A stretch of DNA of 64,000 bases from Chrysomallon squamiferum (lineage: Eukaryota; Animalia; Mollusca), in assembly GCA_012295275.1 (NCBI GenBank), contig CM022674.1, forward strand, positions 9,796,001-9,860,000. The letters run 5' to 3'. Below the pieces are notes generated by a model. That model searched no databases. It saw only the letters and a list, made by a program, of their open reading frames with translations, and had not been told where the DNA came from. This document shows, piece after piece, positions 1 to 14,832 of the stretch (position 1 is its first letter; each line of letters opens with the position of its first letter). Position numbers and translations under genes: made by a program.

Positions 1-591
1 CTCGGTCTTGGTGTGTGGAAATTAAAGATAAACGGCTAATTAAATAGCAAACAGAAAATACCTGAATAAAAAAATATTTGATGAAAAATATTTTATTACT
101 GATGGTTATTATGTTATTATGGTCAGCCATTACATAATTATAATGTTGAACGAAATGTCGACTTTCGATGTGTTGTTGCTTTTAGATAATAGCAAAGTAT
201 ATTTTATATTAATAATTATCCCCTTCAGTCAGTAAACATATTTAGTAAACAAGTCTTAAATGCGCACAAATACAGATATTACTTTTTTTTTTTTTTCTTT
301 TTTTTTTTTTTTAAATTATCTTTCTACAACATAATGTATAATATTTTAACAGAAATAACAATTAAACGTAATTTCTCATCACGGTTGAAATGACCTTAAA
401 TGACAAGTCATCCAGTCTAGGACATATCAAAGTTACTTATATTTACAGAAGCTATTAATAGAAAATTAACTGTGGCGAGAAATAAGTCGTACTAACTGAC
501 GAACACAAAACTAAATATTGATATACTATTTTTGTTCGTTTTTGCTTGTGGACAAACCATTTTTTTCTAAAGTATTAATATATTTTTTCTT

Positions 592-629
<38 letters not shown>

Positions 630-1153
630 CAGAAAAAGAGTGTAATACATAATTATAAAAAAAAAAATAAAATAAAGATAATGATTTATTTCTTTGAAGC
701 CGAGTTCTCGTCTGCTCTGTTGTACAATATTAGCAGCAAGGGGCGTGCCACACATCCTGAAAAGTTATATATAACATTGTTTACACATTCACAATATTAC
801 GCCTAGTTATCAAAAATTATTATTATTATTATTATTATTATTATAAATTAAAAGCTAAATATTAATAAATAATGAAATAAATTTAGAAACACGAGAAGAC
901 TGTTTTCAGTCGGAGATCGTTTTGACCCGGTGTCTGTAGAAAAATGTTTCCATTGTTCTCCCATCCCAGTCAGTGGAGACACTTATCACACATTTTCCTG
1001 TTAAAAGAAACAATGTCTAGTTAGCTCAGTCATAACATAAACTATTAGAACCAGACAGATAACTTTTGGAAGATAAGTACTTTCTGAAGCGTTGTTAACT
1101 TAAGCATCATCAACATGGTGGTGAGTACGTATTCCATGTACTGCTACCACTGT

Positions 1154-2762
<1,609 letters not shown>

Positions 2763-3536
2763 CACATACACACAAGATTTGTATACCTCACCTTGTAACA
2801 TATAAAGTTTCTTGATTACAAGGTTTGGAAATACTATATTCTTGAAGTAAGTATAGACAAAAAAGGACACTGAAACATTGAAACGGGTAACAAATGTATA
2901 AAGAGAATTATTAGTAATCATGAAAAACAACAACAATATATATGTACTATTATTATTAATAATAATACCATAGTTGTGACAGTAGTAACTATGGTAGTAT
3001 TATTATTAATAATAGCAGCGGTAGTAGTATGTTGTAACAATAGTAACTGTAATAAGTGTAGTTTGTAATTGTTAAAACATTAGTAGCAGCTGTGGTTGTA
3101 GTGGTAGTGGTATTAGTTGTTGTAACGTATTTTGGATACGTGTTTACTCAGGGGAGCTGTTTCCTTTTCCTCTACTCAGGTATAAAATACCACTGAAAAC
3201 AAAATGACATATATGTTAATTTTTAACTAATATGTTGTTTTTATTTATTTATTATTATTATTTTAATTTGTTTTACCCACTGTTAAATGTGCCACACACT
3301 CATGAAGAGAAATAATTTAAAATATATTTTACAAATTACAATTCTATTTGTATTGTTGATAAGTTTTCGCTAATAACAACTTAAAACAATGAAACGGTAA
3401 AGATTCAAATGTCTTTGGTCGTGACGTCATCAATTAGCTTGTAGACGAATATCTTCGTGTTACCCGAAAAAATGAATTGTGTGCCTTGAAAAATGCACAA
3501 GCGATTATGCACAAACAGTCATTATCTTATTTTCTC

Positions 3537-3577
<41 letters not shown>

Positions 3578-4392
3578 TTCTATGCAATAAAAGGAAAACA
3601 ATTACTCCATACTGCGGTTATCTTAATAGTTTATGACATCAAAGGAGTGTAACACAATAACCTGAAGCCACTGTTAGCACCGATACAGAGATTATAAAAT
3701 GTACGATTTGATAAATAACCCAAATACGGTTCACCTAGTTAAACAGAAAAGTTTTACAAATCAGATTTAAAGAAATATTGCTATCTGATTGGTATTAAAA
3801 TACAGCGGCGAGATACAAGTTAATAACTTGAATACATTTTTAAGCTCCTTCCCCCCTCCCCCTGAAAGTCCGTGCCTTATTGTTGTTTTTCGTGCGTTTG
3901 TAACTGGCTAGGCATTGCGTGAATACAAAGAAATGTATGTACAAGTATTCACGCAATGCTATGCTAACATTAGTATAATTATCTCTGTTTTTCTTTTTTT
4001 TTTTTTTTAATTATTATTATTAATATTATTTCTTTTTATCGTTTTATTTTTATTTTATTATTTTATTTATTATTTTTATCTTCTTTATTTTTAATTTTTT
4101 AAATTTATTATTATTTTTTATTTTTTTCATAGTAGCAGTAATGTAGTTTTAGCACTTGGATTTGTACTTGTAGTGGATATGGTGGTGGTAGTAATAGTAA
4201 TAGTAGTAGTAGTTATTGGTGTCATTTAGGAGAGAGATTAATTAGGATTTCGAAATTATATCATGTTTCAATGACTTTGCTAACTGAGCTATTTACTTAC
4301 TGTTATTTAACACACTTCTGAATGGGAGACTTTGTTTCTCTGATTTTATCGGAAGTTTCCGCTCTGCCTACTGACTGTCTTTTTCTTTCCAG

Positions 4393-4464
4393 CCTACTTA
4401 GAGATCCCGGATTTCCACATCCGTTTTAATGAGATACCTGCAGCAGTATCACACAGACACACAC
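4393..4464 (+). other. Putative non-coding 5' exon of the GPCR
   Basis: Bounded by ttttctttccag| and |gtaagt (4465). A matching acceptor ttattccag| at 5139 precedes the coding ATG. Splice signals only. Confidence 0.4.
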
Positions 4465-4659
4465 GTAAGTGTTAACATGGTTAAACGTTCTGTATGCTTC
4501 ATATAACTGAATAGTTTTAATATAGTTACAGCATTTTAATAGTACTTCATATCTTTTTAGTGTTTTAATAGTATTTAATATACTATTGAAACACTATAAA
4601 TATATTTAATGTACTGTTTTAATATAGTTATAATGTTTTAATACAGATGCAGTGTTTTA

Positions 4660-4810
4660 ATAAAAGTTAATAATATAACAGGGGTTTAACAATAGTTACA
4701 GTATTTTAATAATAGTTAATAATATAACAGGGGTTTAACAATAGTTACAGTATTTTAATAATAGTTAATAATATAACGGGTTTAACAATAGTTACAGTAT
4801 TTTAATAATT
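4660..4810. repeat. AT-rich ~49-bp tandem repeat (~3 copies) within a more degenerate array (~4500-4930)
   Basis: GTTAATAATATAACAGGGGTTTAACAATAGTTACAGTATTTTAATAATA repeated. Confidence 0.85.
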
Positions 4811-5239
4811 GTTAACATAGTAGCAGTCTTTTAATCGTAGTTAATATAGTTACAGTGTTTTTGTAATAATTAATATAGTAACAGGCTTTGATAATATTAT
4901 TTTAATAATGTTTAATATAGTATCAGTGTATTAATTAATAGTTGATATAGTTAGCTTTGCAACAGTTACATTATTTTTGTTTAAAGAAAACAATATCTGT
5001 CTGGTTATTTTGGTGACATGATATGTTTATGGTAAGTCACGAACATCTGATTTGTCACTGTGCAAGCTTATTACAGTTGTGAATAGTTATATAATTCAAT
5101 GTGCATATACACAATTCTTTTTGTATATTATTATTCCAGAATGAAGGAAAACAGTTACTAAAAAGGTTATACCGAAAGGAAACAAGCGAATGTTGTTGTT
5201 GTTTTTGAATCTGTATAAAACAGAAGTAAAGTTGAAGTT

Positions 5240-6985
5240 ATGTTAAAAGAGACGTCTACTGCAGAAAGTGTTATAGAAAGCCTTATTCTAATAATTATCT
5301 GGTTTTTGGCCTTCTTCGGAAATGTTTCACTATGGTTCATAATTCTGCGGACTCGCTCTTTGCGGGAACAGTCGTACCACATGCTTCTCATCCTGTCATT
5401 CGCAGACATCCTCGTGTCCGTCGTCAGTATTCCGTTCACGATTTTCACTGTTATAAAAGGTTACTGGGTGTTTTCCGGCGATATGTGCAAGGTGGTCGGG
5501 TTTCTTACCATGCTAACGTTGATTGCCAGTGTGATGTCGTTGGGAGTTATCAGTCTGAATCGTTATGTGAAAATCTGTAAGACTCGTTACTACCAACGAA
5601 TATACACAGGAAGAAATGTCATCTTCATTGCAATAGGTAAGTTGGGGAAACCATTTACATTTTTTTTAAATTTTTATTCTAATATTATTATTACTGATCT
5701 TCTATGTATATATATATATATCTATATACTGGCCCATGTATGAATGGAAGATGTAGAAACCGATAATTATAACAGTAACAGTAAAAGTTACGGCAGTAAT
5801 CATAGTAGTAGTTAGTACTAGCAGCAATAGTAGCAGCAACAGCAGCAGTAGAAGTAATAGTAGCAGCAGTTATTTTTAGTAGAACTGAAGCAGTGATAGT
5901 AATAGTAGTAGTAATAATAATACTAATAACAACAGTAATAGTATTCTTAGTAACAGTAGCAGGAGGAGGAGATAGTTACTAAGACTGGTATTAGGTTGTA
6001 TTAGTTTAAAATTTATTTTTGTCTTGCAGGTGTTTGGTGTTTATCATTTTTGCTTTCCACACCTCCGCTGTTTGGCTGGGCTGGATACACTTACATCCAT
6101 AAACAGTCATTCTGTTTCTGTGACTGGAAATCTTCTCCTTCGTACACAGTCTTCATGGTTTTCGTTTGTTTCGGAGGTCCGCTGTCAGTGATGACCTTCT
6201 GTTATGTTAAAATTCTCAAAGTGTTCAGGAAAAGTACAGAACGAGTGTTTGGGAAAACGATGTTCAAATCTACTCGTTCTGTGGGCAGAGTCAGCCCTGA
6301 CCCGTACACCGTGTCGCATGGGAAAATCAGCATAAGTCTCAAGTCGATTGTGTCTGTGGAGTTCAGTAATAAAGAAACTGTCAATGAACACGAGCAGGAG
6401 AAGCCGATTGTCAGTGAACAGGAGCAGGAGAAGCCGACTGTCAGTGAACACGAGCAGGAGAAACCGACTGTCAGTGAACACGAGCAGGAGAAACCGACTG
6501 TCAGTGAACAGGAGCAGGAGAAGCCGACTGTCAGTGAACACGAGCAGGAGAAGCCGAATCTGGACTTACTCACTGTGGACAGGTATTCCAAACAGTCTGA
6601 GTCGTTTCTTCGGCAATCGGCTGAGCTGCAGCGAGCTTCCCGCAGAAAGCGAGATGAATACGTGTTAGCTCTTTCTCTAATGTTTGTCATCGTCGTGTTT
6701 GTCATTTGTTGGTTCCCTTTTTGTGTAACCATGTTTGTTACTGTATTTTCCTCCAGTGAAGTGCCGCATTGGGCAAATATGTTCACCTTATTATTGGGTT
6801 ATGCGAACAGCTGCTGCAATCCATTTATATATGGGTTTATGAACAAACGTTTCAAAACGGGTTATCGTAGACTGTTTAGAAATGTTTTGTCTGCTTGTTT
6901 TGAAAAGTATAAGGTTCCACTGGAAGATTCGTCTGGTGATGATGCAACGACTTACAATCATGGTAGGTCGACAGTGAAATCGTAG
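5240..6985 (+). CDS. Class A (rhodopsin-like) GPCR, melatonin-receptor-like NRY motif; 2 coding exons, ~450 aa
   Basis: Exons 5240-5636 (ATA G|gtaagt) and 6030-6985 (ttgcag|GT GTT TGG) join in phase 1. Motifs: TM1 GN, TM2 LSFAD, TM3 end SLNRYVKIC, TM4 W..S...PPLFGW, ECL2 Cys, TM6 CWFPF, TM7 NSCCNPFIY. Ligand class cannot be assigned from sequence alone. Confidence 0.93.
6377..6556 (+). repeat. In-frame coding minisatellite, 6 x 30 bp (TVSE[H/Q]EQEKP), in GPCR intracellular loop 3
   Basis: Unit ACTGTCAGTGAACA[C/G]GAGCAGGAGAA[G/A]CCG starts at 6377, 6407, 6437, 6467, 6497 and 6527. Confidence 0.97.
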
Positions 6986-7134
6986 TCAGCATCTACTCGT
7001 AACAGCTTTGACAAAATTATATTTATTAAAATACAGTTTTCAATCTTTGAAAAGCAAAAAATAAAGTCTAAATTTTGTTAAATAAGTTTTCAAGATTTAA
7101 GCCTTTTAGTTATTTATTTATTAATATTCTATTA

Positions 7135-7177
<43 letters not shown>

Positions 7178-7196
7178 TATTATTATTATTTACTTG

Positions 7197-7264
<68 letters not shown>

Positions 7265-8148
7265 TGTTAATTTACGTTGACACTGAAATTGTAAGAATAA
7301 AAAATGTAGCCATGTTTCACAATATAAGTATAAAAAAGACATTCCTGATATTAAAAAAGTGTATTTAAAGTTTACGCTTGATAGCACATTTAACTTGTCT
7401 TATCACTGTGATATTTTTATCTGTATCCAATCATCAGCTTGTAAAGTTTAACTATTTCTCGTCCCAGCCAGTTCTCCGCAATAATAAGAGCCATGGCATG
7501 TACTGTCCTGGCTGTGGAACGAGGCATGTAAAATATTGCATAGTGTACATCGGAAAAATTAGCCTATATATTATCTATATCGGGATTTTGTTCTCTCTTT
7601 ATTTGAATTGTCGTTACAGCCGACGCCAAATATTCGTAACATAAGTGAAATTAAATATTTTACTTTCTTTCAAACTTTGCTAACAGTGAAAGAACCTCAC
7701 GAGATGATACACGTTTTCTTTCTTTCTTACTTGATTTCTTACTTGATATTAGTGAGTTGGTATCTCCTGATTCTGTCAGGGGCGTTAGCACATTTCTGTA
7801 ACTTAATGAGGGAGAATTACTTCAGTGTAATTTATTTATCAAAACATAAAGAAAGAACAGGCACAGCGAAGGAGATAAATGTTGTGTGTAAATGTTATTT
7901 ACTCTGAAGCAAACTGAAACTAGTTTAGTAAACACTACAGATGTATATGTATATAAAATATTTAATGATATTTCTTTTAGTAAAATATGAAGTTATTTCT
8001 GTTTATTAAAGTTAAACAATTTATAAATATTTCTTTCTGTTATTAATACTATAATTTTAACATTTAATTTGTTTTACAAAGTACACGTGATAAAGCACAA
8101 AAATTGTAAAATAATTATTGTAATGTATGTGTGTGTGTGTATAAGTGT

Positions 8149-8184
<36 letters not shown>

Positions 8185-8515
8185 GTTTTTAGTCAGTGAT
8201 TTTCATGAATTACATTATGTACATATTGAAAATGTCAAAGTCGTGCAAAACTTTTATTGTGTTACATAAAAATTACGAATGTGAATTTTATTATTATTTT
8301 GTAACTATATTAACTTCAGTTTCTAAGAGTAATTAATGTAAGTTTCCTAAATAAACGGCAAGAAGATAAACAGGATCAGATTTGTTTGTTCCAGTTCGAG
8401 CAGTGACAGTTGCTTCATGATTTCTTGTTTATGGAAATCTGTCTGCACCTCATTCAATAGGTCTTTCTGTCCGATGCCATGTAACTGTTAGTATTAAAAT
8501 TTACTGTCGTAAACC

Positions 8516-9340
8516 ATCTGGTTTATACGAGCACGTTTAACATACATCACTCTAGTTTATACAGACACATTTTACATACAGAACACTAGTTTATACAGAC
8601 ACATTAAACATACATCACTCTAGTTTATACAGACACATTTAACATACCGTAAACTAGTTTATACAGACACATTTAACATAGAGAACACTAGTTTATACAG
8701 ACACATTTAACATACATCACTCTAGTTTATACAGACACATTAAACATACGTACACTAGTTTATACACATTAAACATACAGTACACTATTTCATCCAGACA
8801 CATTAAACATACGTACACAAGTTTATACAGACACATTAAACATACGTACACTAGTTTATTATACAGACATTAAACATACGTACACTAGTTTATACAGACA
8901 CATTTAACATACGTACACTAGTTTATACAGACACATTAAACATACGTACACTAGTTTATACAGACACATTTAACATACGTACACTATTTTATACAGACAC
9001 ATTAAACATACGTACACTAGTTTATACAGACACATTAAACATACGTACACTAGTTTATACAGACACATTAAACATACGTACACTAGTTTATACAGACACA
9101 TTAAACATACGTACACTAGTTTATACAGACACATTTAACATACGTACACTATTTTATACAGACACATTAAACATACGTACACTAGTTTATACAGACACAT
9201 TAAACATACGTACACTATTTTATACAGACACATTAAACATACGTACACTAGTTTATACAGACACATTAAACATACGTACACTAGTTTATACAGACACATT
9301 AAACGTATAGTACATTGGTTTATACAGACACCTTTAAGAT
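8516..9340. repeat. 33-bp minisatellite array A
   Basis: Unit ACTAGTTTATACAGACACATTAAACATACGTAC repeated more than 20 times. It produces the 11-aa periodic ORF at 9135-9455. Confidence 0.97.
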
Positions 9341-9659
9341 ACAATAAATTAGTTTGTACAGATATAATAACATACGGTAGACTGGTTTGATAATGTTTGT
9401 AATACTTGGCGTTCTGCCTGGCTAATTCAGATATTACTTGATCTTTGTTAAACAAATCGTTTCGTCTGACATTTGACTCGGCGTTCAGATCAAAAACTAA
9501 TCAGTAGACAGAATAAGTTAGCTACCAACAAAGACATATCAGATACCAAACCCTGTGAAGTCTGTTATTTAAACATTACAGTTTCGTGTAGAACAGATAA
9601 CTGAAACCTGCTATTTCAAAATGTGTATTGATCGGTAACTGCTGTTATGTTCTTGTATA

Positions 9660-9662
<3 letters not shown>

Positions 9663-9749
<87 letters not shown>
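9663..9749. repeat. (CT)n microsatellite
   Basis: Directly visible. Confidence 0.97.
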
Positions 9750-9752
<3 letters not shown>

Positions 9753-10216
9753 ACACACTCACTCTCTGAAAACGAATAATAGTTTAGTTTTTATTTGCTA
9801 ATGATACTCACATAACTTAATGACCCAATATATCCAGGCTTAATTTATGGACGGACCAATATTTTACAAGGGGTACAACTCTTGATAGGTTGATTAATTA
9901 CAGGCAGTTATTTTCTCCTTTTTGTAAATCAATGTAAAGAGACGCATCCTGTAAATAAGTAATGTATGCATGTGTGTTTGTGTTCATGTGTTTCTGTGTA
10001 TGTGCCTGTAATCGTGTAGTCGTGACGGGATGCGTGTTGATGTATAAATGGTTGGAGGACAGGTGTGACAGTCCTGTGATTGTGTAACTGTGCCCTGAAC
10101 AGCGTCACTGAACCTTTAGCGGATGTAAACACCTTTCACAATTTATTAAATTGATTGATCGCCTAACCTTTGACCTTTAGTGATGCGAAGAAACAGGCTG
10201 AGTGCGAATTACATTT

Positions 10217-10254
<38 letters not shown>

Positions 10255-10558
10255 ATTTCATTAAATAATGGTCTAAATGTAGTGGACACTCTTAGACAGA
10301 AATAAAAAAAAAAAATTCTCAAATAAGTCCGTTAAGTAATTGCATTTAAACAGGAAGTAAACAAGAGAAGAAAATTGTTAGTTGTGTGCAGTCCTCTGTC
10401 GATGATGAAATGAAATTGCCAAGTGCGTCATTACATTTCAGATTTAATAAATCAGAACCAGTCAGCACGTTGGTAGTTCGAGACATCAGTGGTCTACACG
10501 TGTGAGCCGTGTCATGTAACTAAATGCTTATCAGTTCGAATGTGACTGGCTGCATACC

Positions 10559-10625
10559 CAGTGGCGTGCACAGGGAGGGTGGCGAAGGGGCGGTGGCCCT
10601 GGGCATCTAAATGGGGGGCATCCAA
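10559..10625 (+). mobile_element. Possible terminus of a hAT-like DNA transposon
   Basis: Abrupt GC-rich CAGTGGCGTGCACAGGGAGGGTGGCGAAGGGGCGGTGGCCCTGGGC of the kind seen at hAT ends. I found no partner inverted terminus. Confidence 0.35.
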
Positions 10626-11040
10626 TCAGAGAAAAGAACTTAATAAATGTGGTTGATTTATATTTAAAACGAATAAAGTGTTTATTTTATGTTCATCTGT
10701 ATTCATATATTCAAAATATCTTCCTTTCTCATATTTATACTAGGCCTTACACTTGAGTCTTTGGGGCATTCAGTCAAGGAGTTAACCCCGGGAATCACCA
10801 GAACTCTGCACGTGGTTAAGCCATAATTGGTCTCATTTCCAGTTTGTCGCAACAACTCGTCTACCAAATTCCTGATTACATCTGTATTTAAAGAACCTGG
10901 CCTCTTCATGGTCACACAAATTTTGATTATAGATGGACAATGGTTTATTTATCAATATGTTCTCCATGGCCTCCAGAGTATACAAGAAAATGTTTTTAAA
11001 TCAAAAATCAAAAAAGAAAATCACACTCATCATTCCGAGA

Positions 11041-11900
11041 ATGGCTGGTTTATAGAACGTAGAATTTGTGCAGTCAAATCGTGGAAAACAACGAGTTTTG
11101 TTAGATGATTATACGTAAAGTTGAAATCGCGTTAATGAATAAATCACATGCTGGAGATGCACCAAACGACCCTGTGTCGACAAGATCACCACAGTTGCTG
11201 GTTTTGTTACAAACAGCTTTGGCCATGACCATCCTCCGAATATTGAAACTACGGTCAAGTTTGTTAGTAGAGAAAGACAGCGCCACCCAGCAGTACCCAG
11301 AGCTGTGAATTCAACGATTACCTGGTGACGACATGGGTGGACGATGATGCAAAATTTCCTCTTCGCATGTGGAATCATTTCACCAATGCTGGCTCAAGAA
11401 CGAACAAAAATCTGGAAGGTTTCCATTCGCGAGTCAACAGGCTGCTTCGTCATCGACATCCAAACCTGTACAGATGTGTGGACTTGATCAAGGGGATAGA
11501 GAAATGCGAAAGAGCAAAGTTGGATGCTGCAGCTCCACCACCTCCACCGGGGAAGAGAGTCTACCAGGATCTCGACAGTAGAGTCAGTCGCCTCAAGCAG
11601 CAGCTCACTGACAGAACCAAAACTCTCTTGCAGTACCTGGACGCCATTGGTCACCTCAGTAATTACTTTCTGCAAAATAATTTGTTTAGTTATTTATAGA
11701 CATTCACTACATTTAGTACATGGATTATTTCGACATTTGTCATATTTGATTACTTTATGCCATAAATGACATCCACACCATTTTACAATAATAATTGGAA
11801 CAGATCATTGTAATAATTGAGGTAACGACATGCGTGTCAGTCAGACCACTGTTGTTGTTTTAACAGTTCGACCAACTGGGAACTCGACAAAACGGGAAAA
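11041..11900 (+). mobile_element. Decayed, internally deleted MULE (Mutator-like) transposase: FLYWCH domain plus C-terminal part
   Basis: Frame from ATG 11041 reads EFVQSNRGKQRVLLDDYT*S*NRVNE*ITCWRCTKRPCVDKITTVAGFVTNSFGHDHPP (FLYWCH pattern with stops). About 60 nt later comes EFNDYLVTTWVDDDAKFPLRMWNH...RTNKNLEGFHSRVNR...HPNLY, a typical MULE C-terminal motif. Short TCGAC..AACTGGGAA repeats at ~11866-11898 may be subterminal. Confidence 0.85.
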
Positions 11901-12504
11901 GCGTTAACTCAATTCTGCCACGTGTTATCATAATTTACCTTAAACTAAAATCAGACTCTGTTTATTTGATAACGTAAACGATTATCACGTACCGAAATAT
12001 CAAATACACATATACCCCTATACCCAACCACACCCATCCCGACACCCATACATAAAAATAGTGAATGACTTAAAACTTCATAAAAAAAATATTTAAAAAT
12101 AAAATAAAAAAAACAAGTATGTGTGTCTGTGTGTGTGTGCGCTTAAAAAAATAAAAATGACAAAGAAGGTAAAAATCTCTATTTTTTTTTGTTCTTCTTC
12201 TTCTTATTATTATTATTATAATTACGTAACCTATAAGAAAACATGGAAACTAGTCCAAATTAGCACTGACAGTTATTATCAAGAGACATTAATCTGCCAA
12301 TAAGCTGTCCACAGTTATGACATATTTTATGAAAACTGACACGGAAAGCCTCAGGTAAATAAAAGTGAATAAAACAGGTAAAGCATAGTTCATATTAAAG
12401 GTAAAGATATATTTTAAAAACTCAGTTTGTTGTTTTATCCATAACACGCTCCCAGTCTTTGTTAATAACACTTTTTTTCAATCGTTTTGTTTTAAAACAA
12501 CCGT

Positions 12505-13625
12505 TAACACTGGTTTATAAATACACTGTTAACATACAGTACACAACTTTATACAGACACGTTTAATATTCTATACACTATTTTATACACATACATTTAA
12601 TATTCAGTACACTAGTTTATTCAGATATATTTAATATACACCACCAGATTTTACAGACCCATTAAACATACAGTACAGACATATTAATCATACAATACAC
12701 TACTTTAAACATACTTATTAAACTTACAGTACACTAGTTTATACAATCTCGTTAATCATACAGTACACTAGTTTATACAGACACATTTAACATAGACTAC
12801 AATAGTTTATACAGACACATTTAACATAGAGTACAATAGTTTATACAGACACATTTAACATAGAGTACAATAGTTTATACAGACACATTTAACAGAGTAC
12901 AATAGTTTATACAGACACATTTAACATAGAGTACAATAGTTTATACAGACACATTTAACATAGAGTACACTAGTTTATACAGACACATTTAACATAGAGT
13001 ACAATAGTTTATACAGACACATTTAACATAGAGTACACTAGTTTATACAGACACATTTAACATAGAGTACAATAGTTTATACAGACACATTTAACATAGA
13101 GTACAATAGTTTATACAGACACATTTAACATAGAGTACACTAGTTTATAGAGACACATTAAACTTACAGTACACTAGTTTATACAATATCGTTAATCATA
13201 CAGTACACTAGTTTATACAGACACATTTAACATAGAGTACAATAGTTTATACAGACACATTTAACATAGAGTACACTAGTTTATACAGACACATTTAACA
13301 TAAAGTACACTATTTTATACAGACACATTTAACACAGAGTACACTAGTTTATACAGACACATTAAACATACAATAGACTAGTTTATACAGATACATTTAA
13401 CACAGAGTACAATACTTTATACAGACACATTAAACATACAATAGACTAGTTTATACAGATACATTTAACACAGAGTACAATACTTTATACAGACACATTT
13501 AACATAAAGTACAGTAGTTTATACAAACACATTTAACATACAGTATGCTGGTTTAAAGAGACACAACTAACACACAATAGAATACATAACATTAAACGTA
13601 GAGTACACTGGTTTATACAGACATA
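12505..13625. repeat. 33-bp minisatellite array B (same family as array A)
   Basis: Unit TAGTTTATACAGACACATTTAACATAGAGTACA[A/C] repeated about 30 times, same orientation as 8516-9340. Confidence 0.97.
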
Positions 13626-14796
13626 TGTAACGACTGTAAAAGAAATAATAATAATTTTATTCATTAATAATCGATGGTCGGTGTTTGCTCTGCCTCTCTT
13701 TGTGTGAGTCTCTTTCCCTGTTTGTCTGTCTGACAGTCTGTTTAGTTTTCTGTCTCGCTCTTTTTTTTTCTCGGCGTGGTCTCTGTATAACTGCTGATCT
13801 TTTGTCTGTGTATTTGTGTCCGCTTTCTATGTGTAGATGCATGAAAGTAAACCACATATGTATTGAGCACAACTATTCCATCCCTGATAAAGTGTTTTAA
13901 TTTCTCTGTATGTGTATGTAGTGTGTGAATGTGTTTGTATGTACATGACTGTGTGTGTATTTGTATGTGTGCATAAAAATTGAGAAATTAATAATCATAA
14001 CGATAATAACAACATTAATAGAAAAACAAACAATAACATATTAATAATAACAATAACAATAATAATAATAATAATAACAATAATAATAATAATAATAACA
14101 ACAAATAGTAATAACAAATAATATAATAAAATAATAATAATAATAATAACAACAATACATGTGTATAGCTAAACTACGTGAGCTTACGTCAAACCTAAAT
14201 ACAAAAGAATGTTTGAAGTTTGACTCAGCATTAATAAGCCGTGTTTCGAGAAAAGAAAACGCTTTAAAAGCTTCAGTGGCCGTTATAATAACATGATACA
14301 TTGCTACTAATTACCTGGTTTGTGATAACAGACCAGCAGCTGACCCTAGGGCATTCCTTGGATACCGGACTGACCTAGTGAGCCTTAATCATAAGTGAAA
14401 TACCAATTAGTGTTCATCTGTAGTTCAGTGTAATTACTCGTTTCTTACCAGCACACAGCTCCACTCACTCGTCCTTCATTCGTCTGTACTCTCATCTTTT
14501 TCACTCGTTTATTTATTTATTTATTTATTTATTTAATGAGAAAATGAAGACTGCTGGCGATAACAACACGTGAAAAGACTTGGTGTTTTACAATGGATAT
14601 ACGGTTAGGATGGCTTTTTAACACGGTAAGTTTGCTTCACCTATTTAGAGAGGTGTAATTTTAAAGTGACTATAAAAGTAATTTTTATACTGTACACCAC
14701 TTTCTCGTAATGGCTGAAGGAGGGGCCTCGGTATCACACATTAAAAGTTTTTCTTTACTTTATAATACTGTATCGTGTATATATGAATGTTATGTA

Positions 14797-14832
<36 letters not shown>

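Noticed and set aside
6185-6786. Antisense ORFs with CSCSLTVGFS and LLLLFTDSR repeats
   Set aside because: They are shadows of the 30-bp GPCR coding repeat on the opposite strand.
5240-6985. GPCR as an opsin (opsin-like ECL2)
   Set aside because: The position equivalent to rhodopsin K296 (six residues before the N of NPxxY) is Tyr in GYANSCCNPFIY, so there is no retinal-binding lysine.
10703-10915. 70-aa minus-strand ORF next to the hAT-like end
   Set aside because: No recognisable domain or splice context; probably transposon debris.
8516-13625. 33-bp repeats as a CRISPR array or a repeat protein
   Set aside because: Units are directly adjacent with no unique spacers, there are no cas genes, and the context is eukaryotic. 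The CLMCLYKLVYV ORF is a by-product of a unit length divisible by 3.
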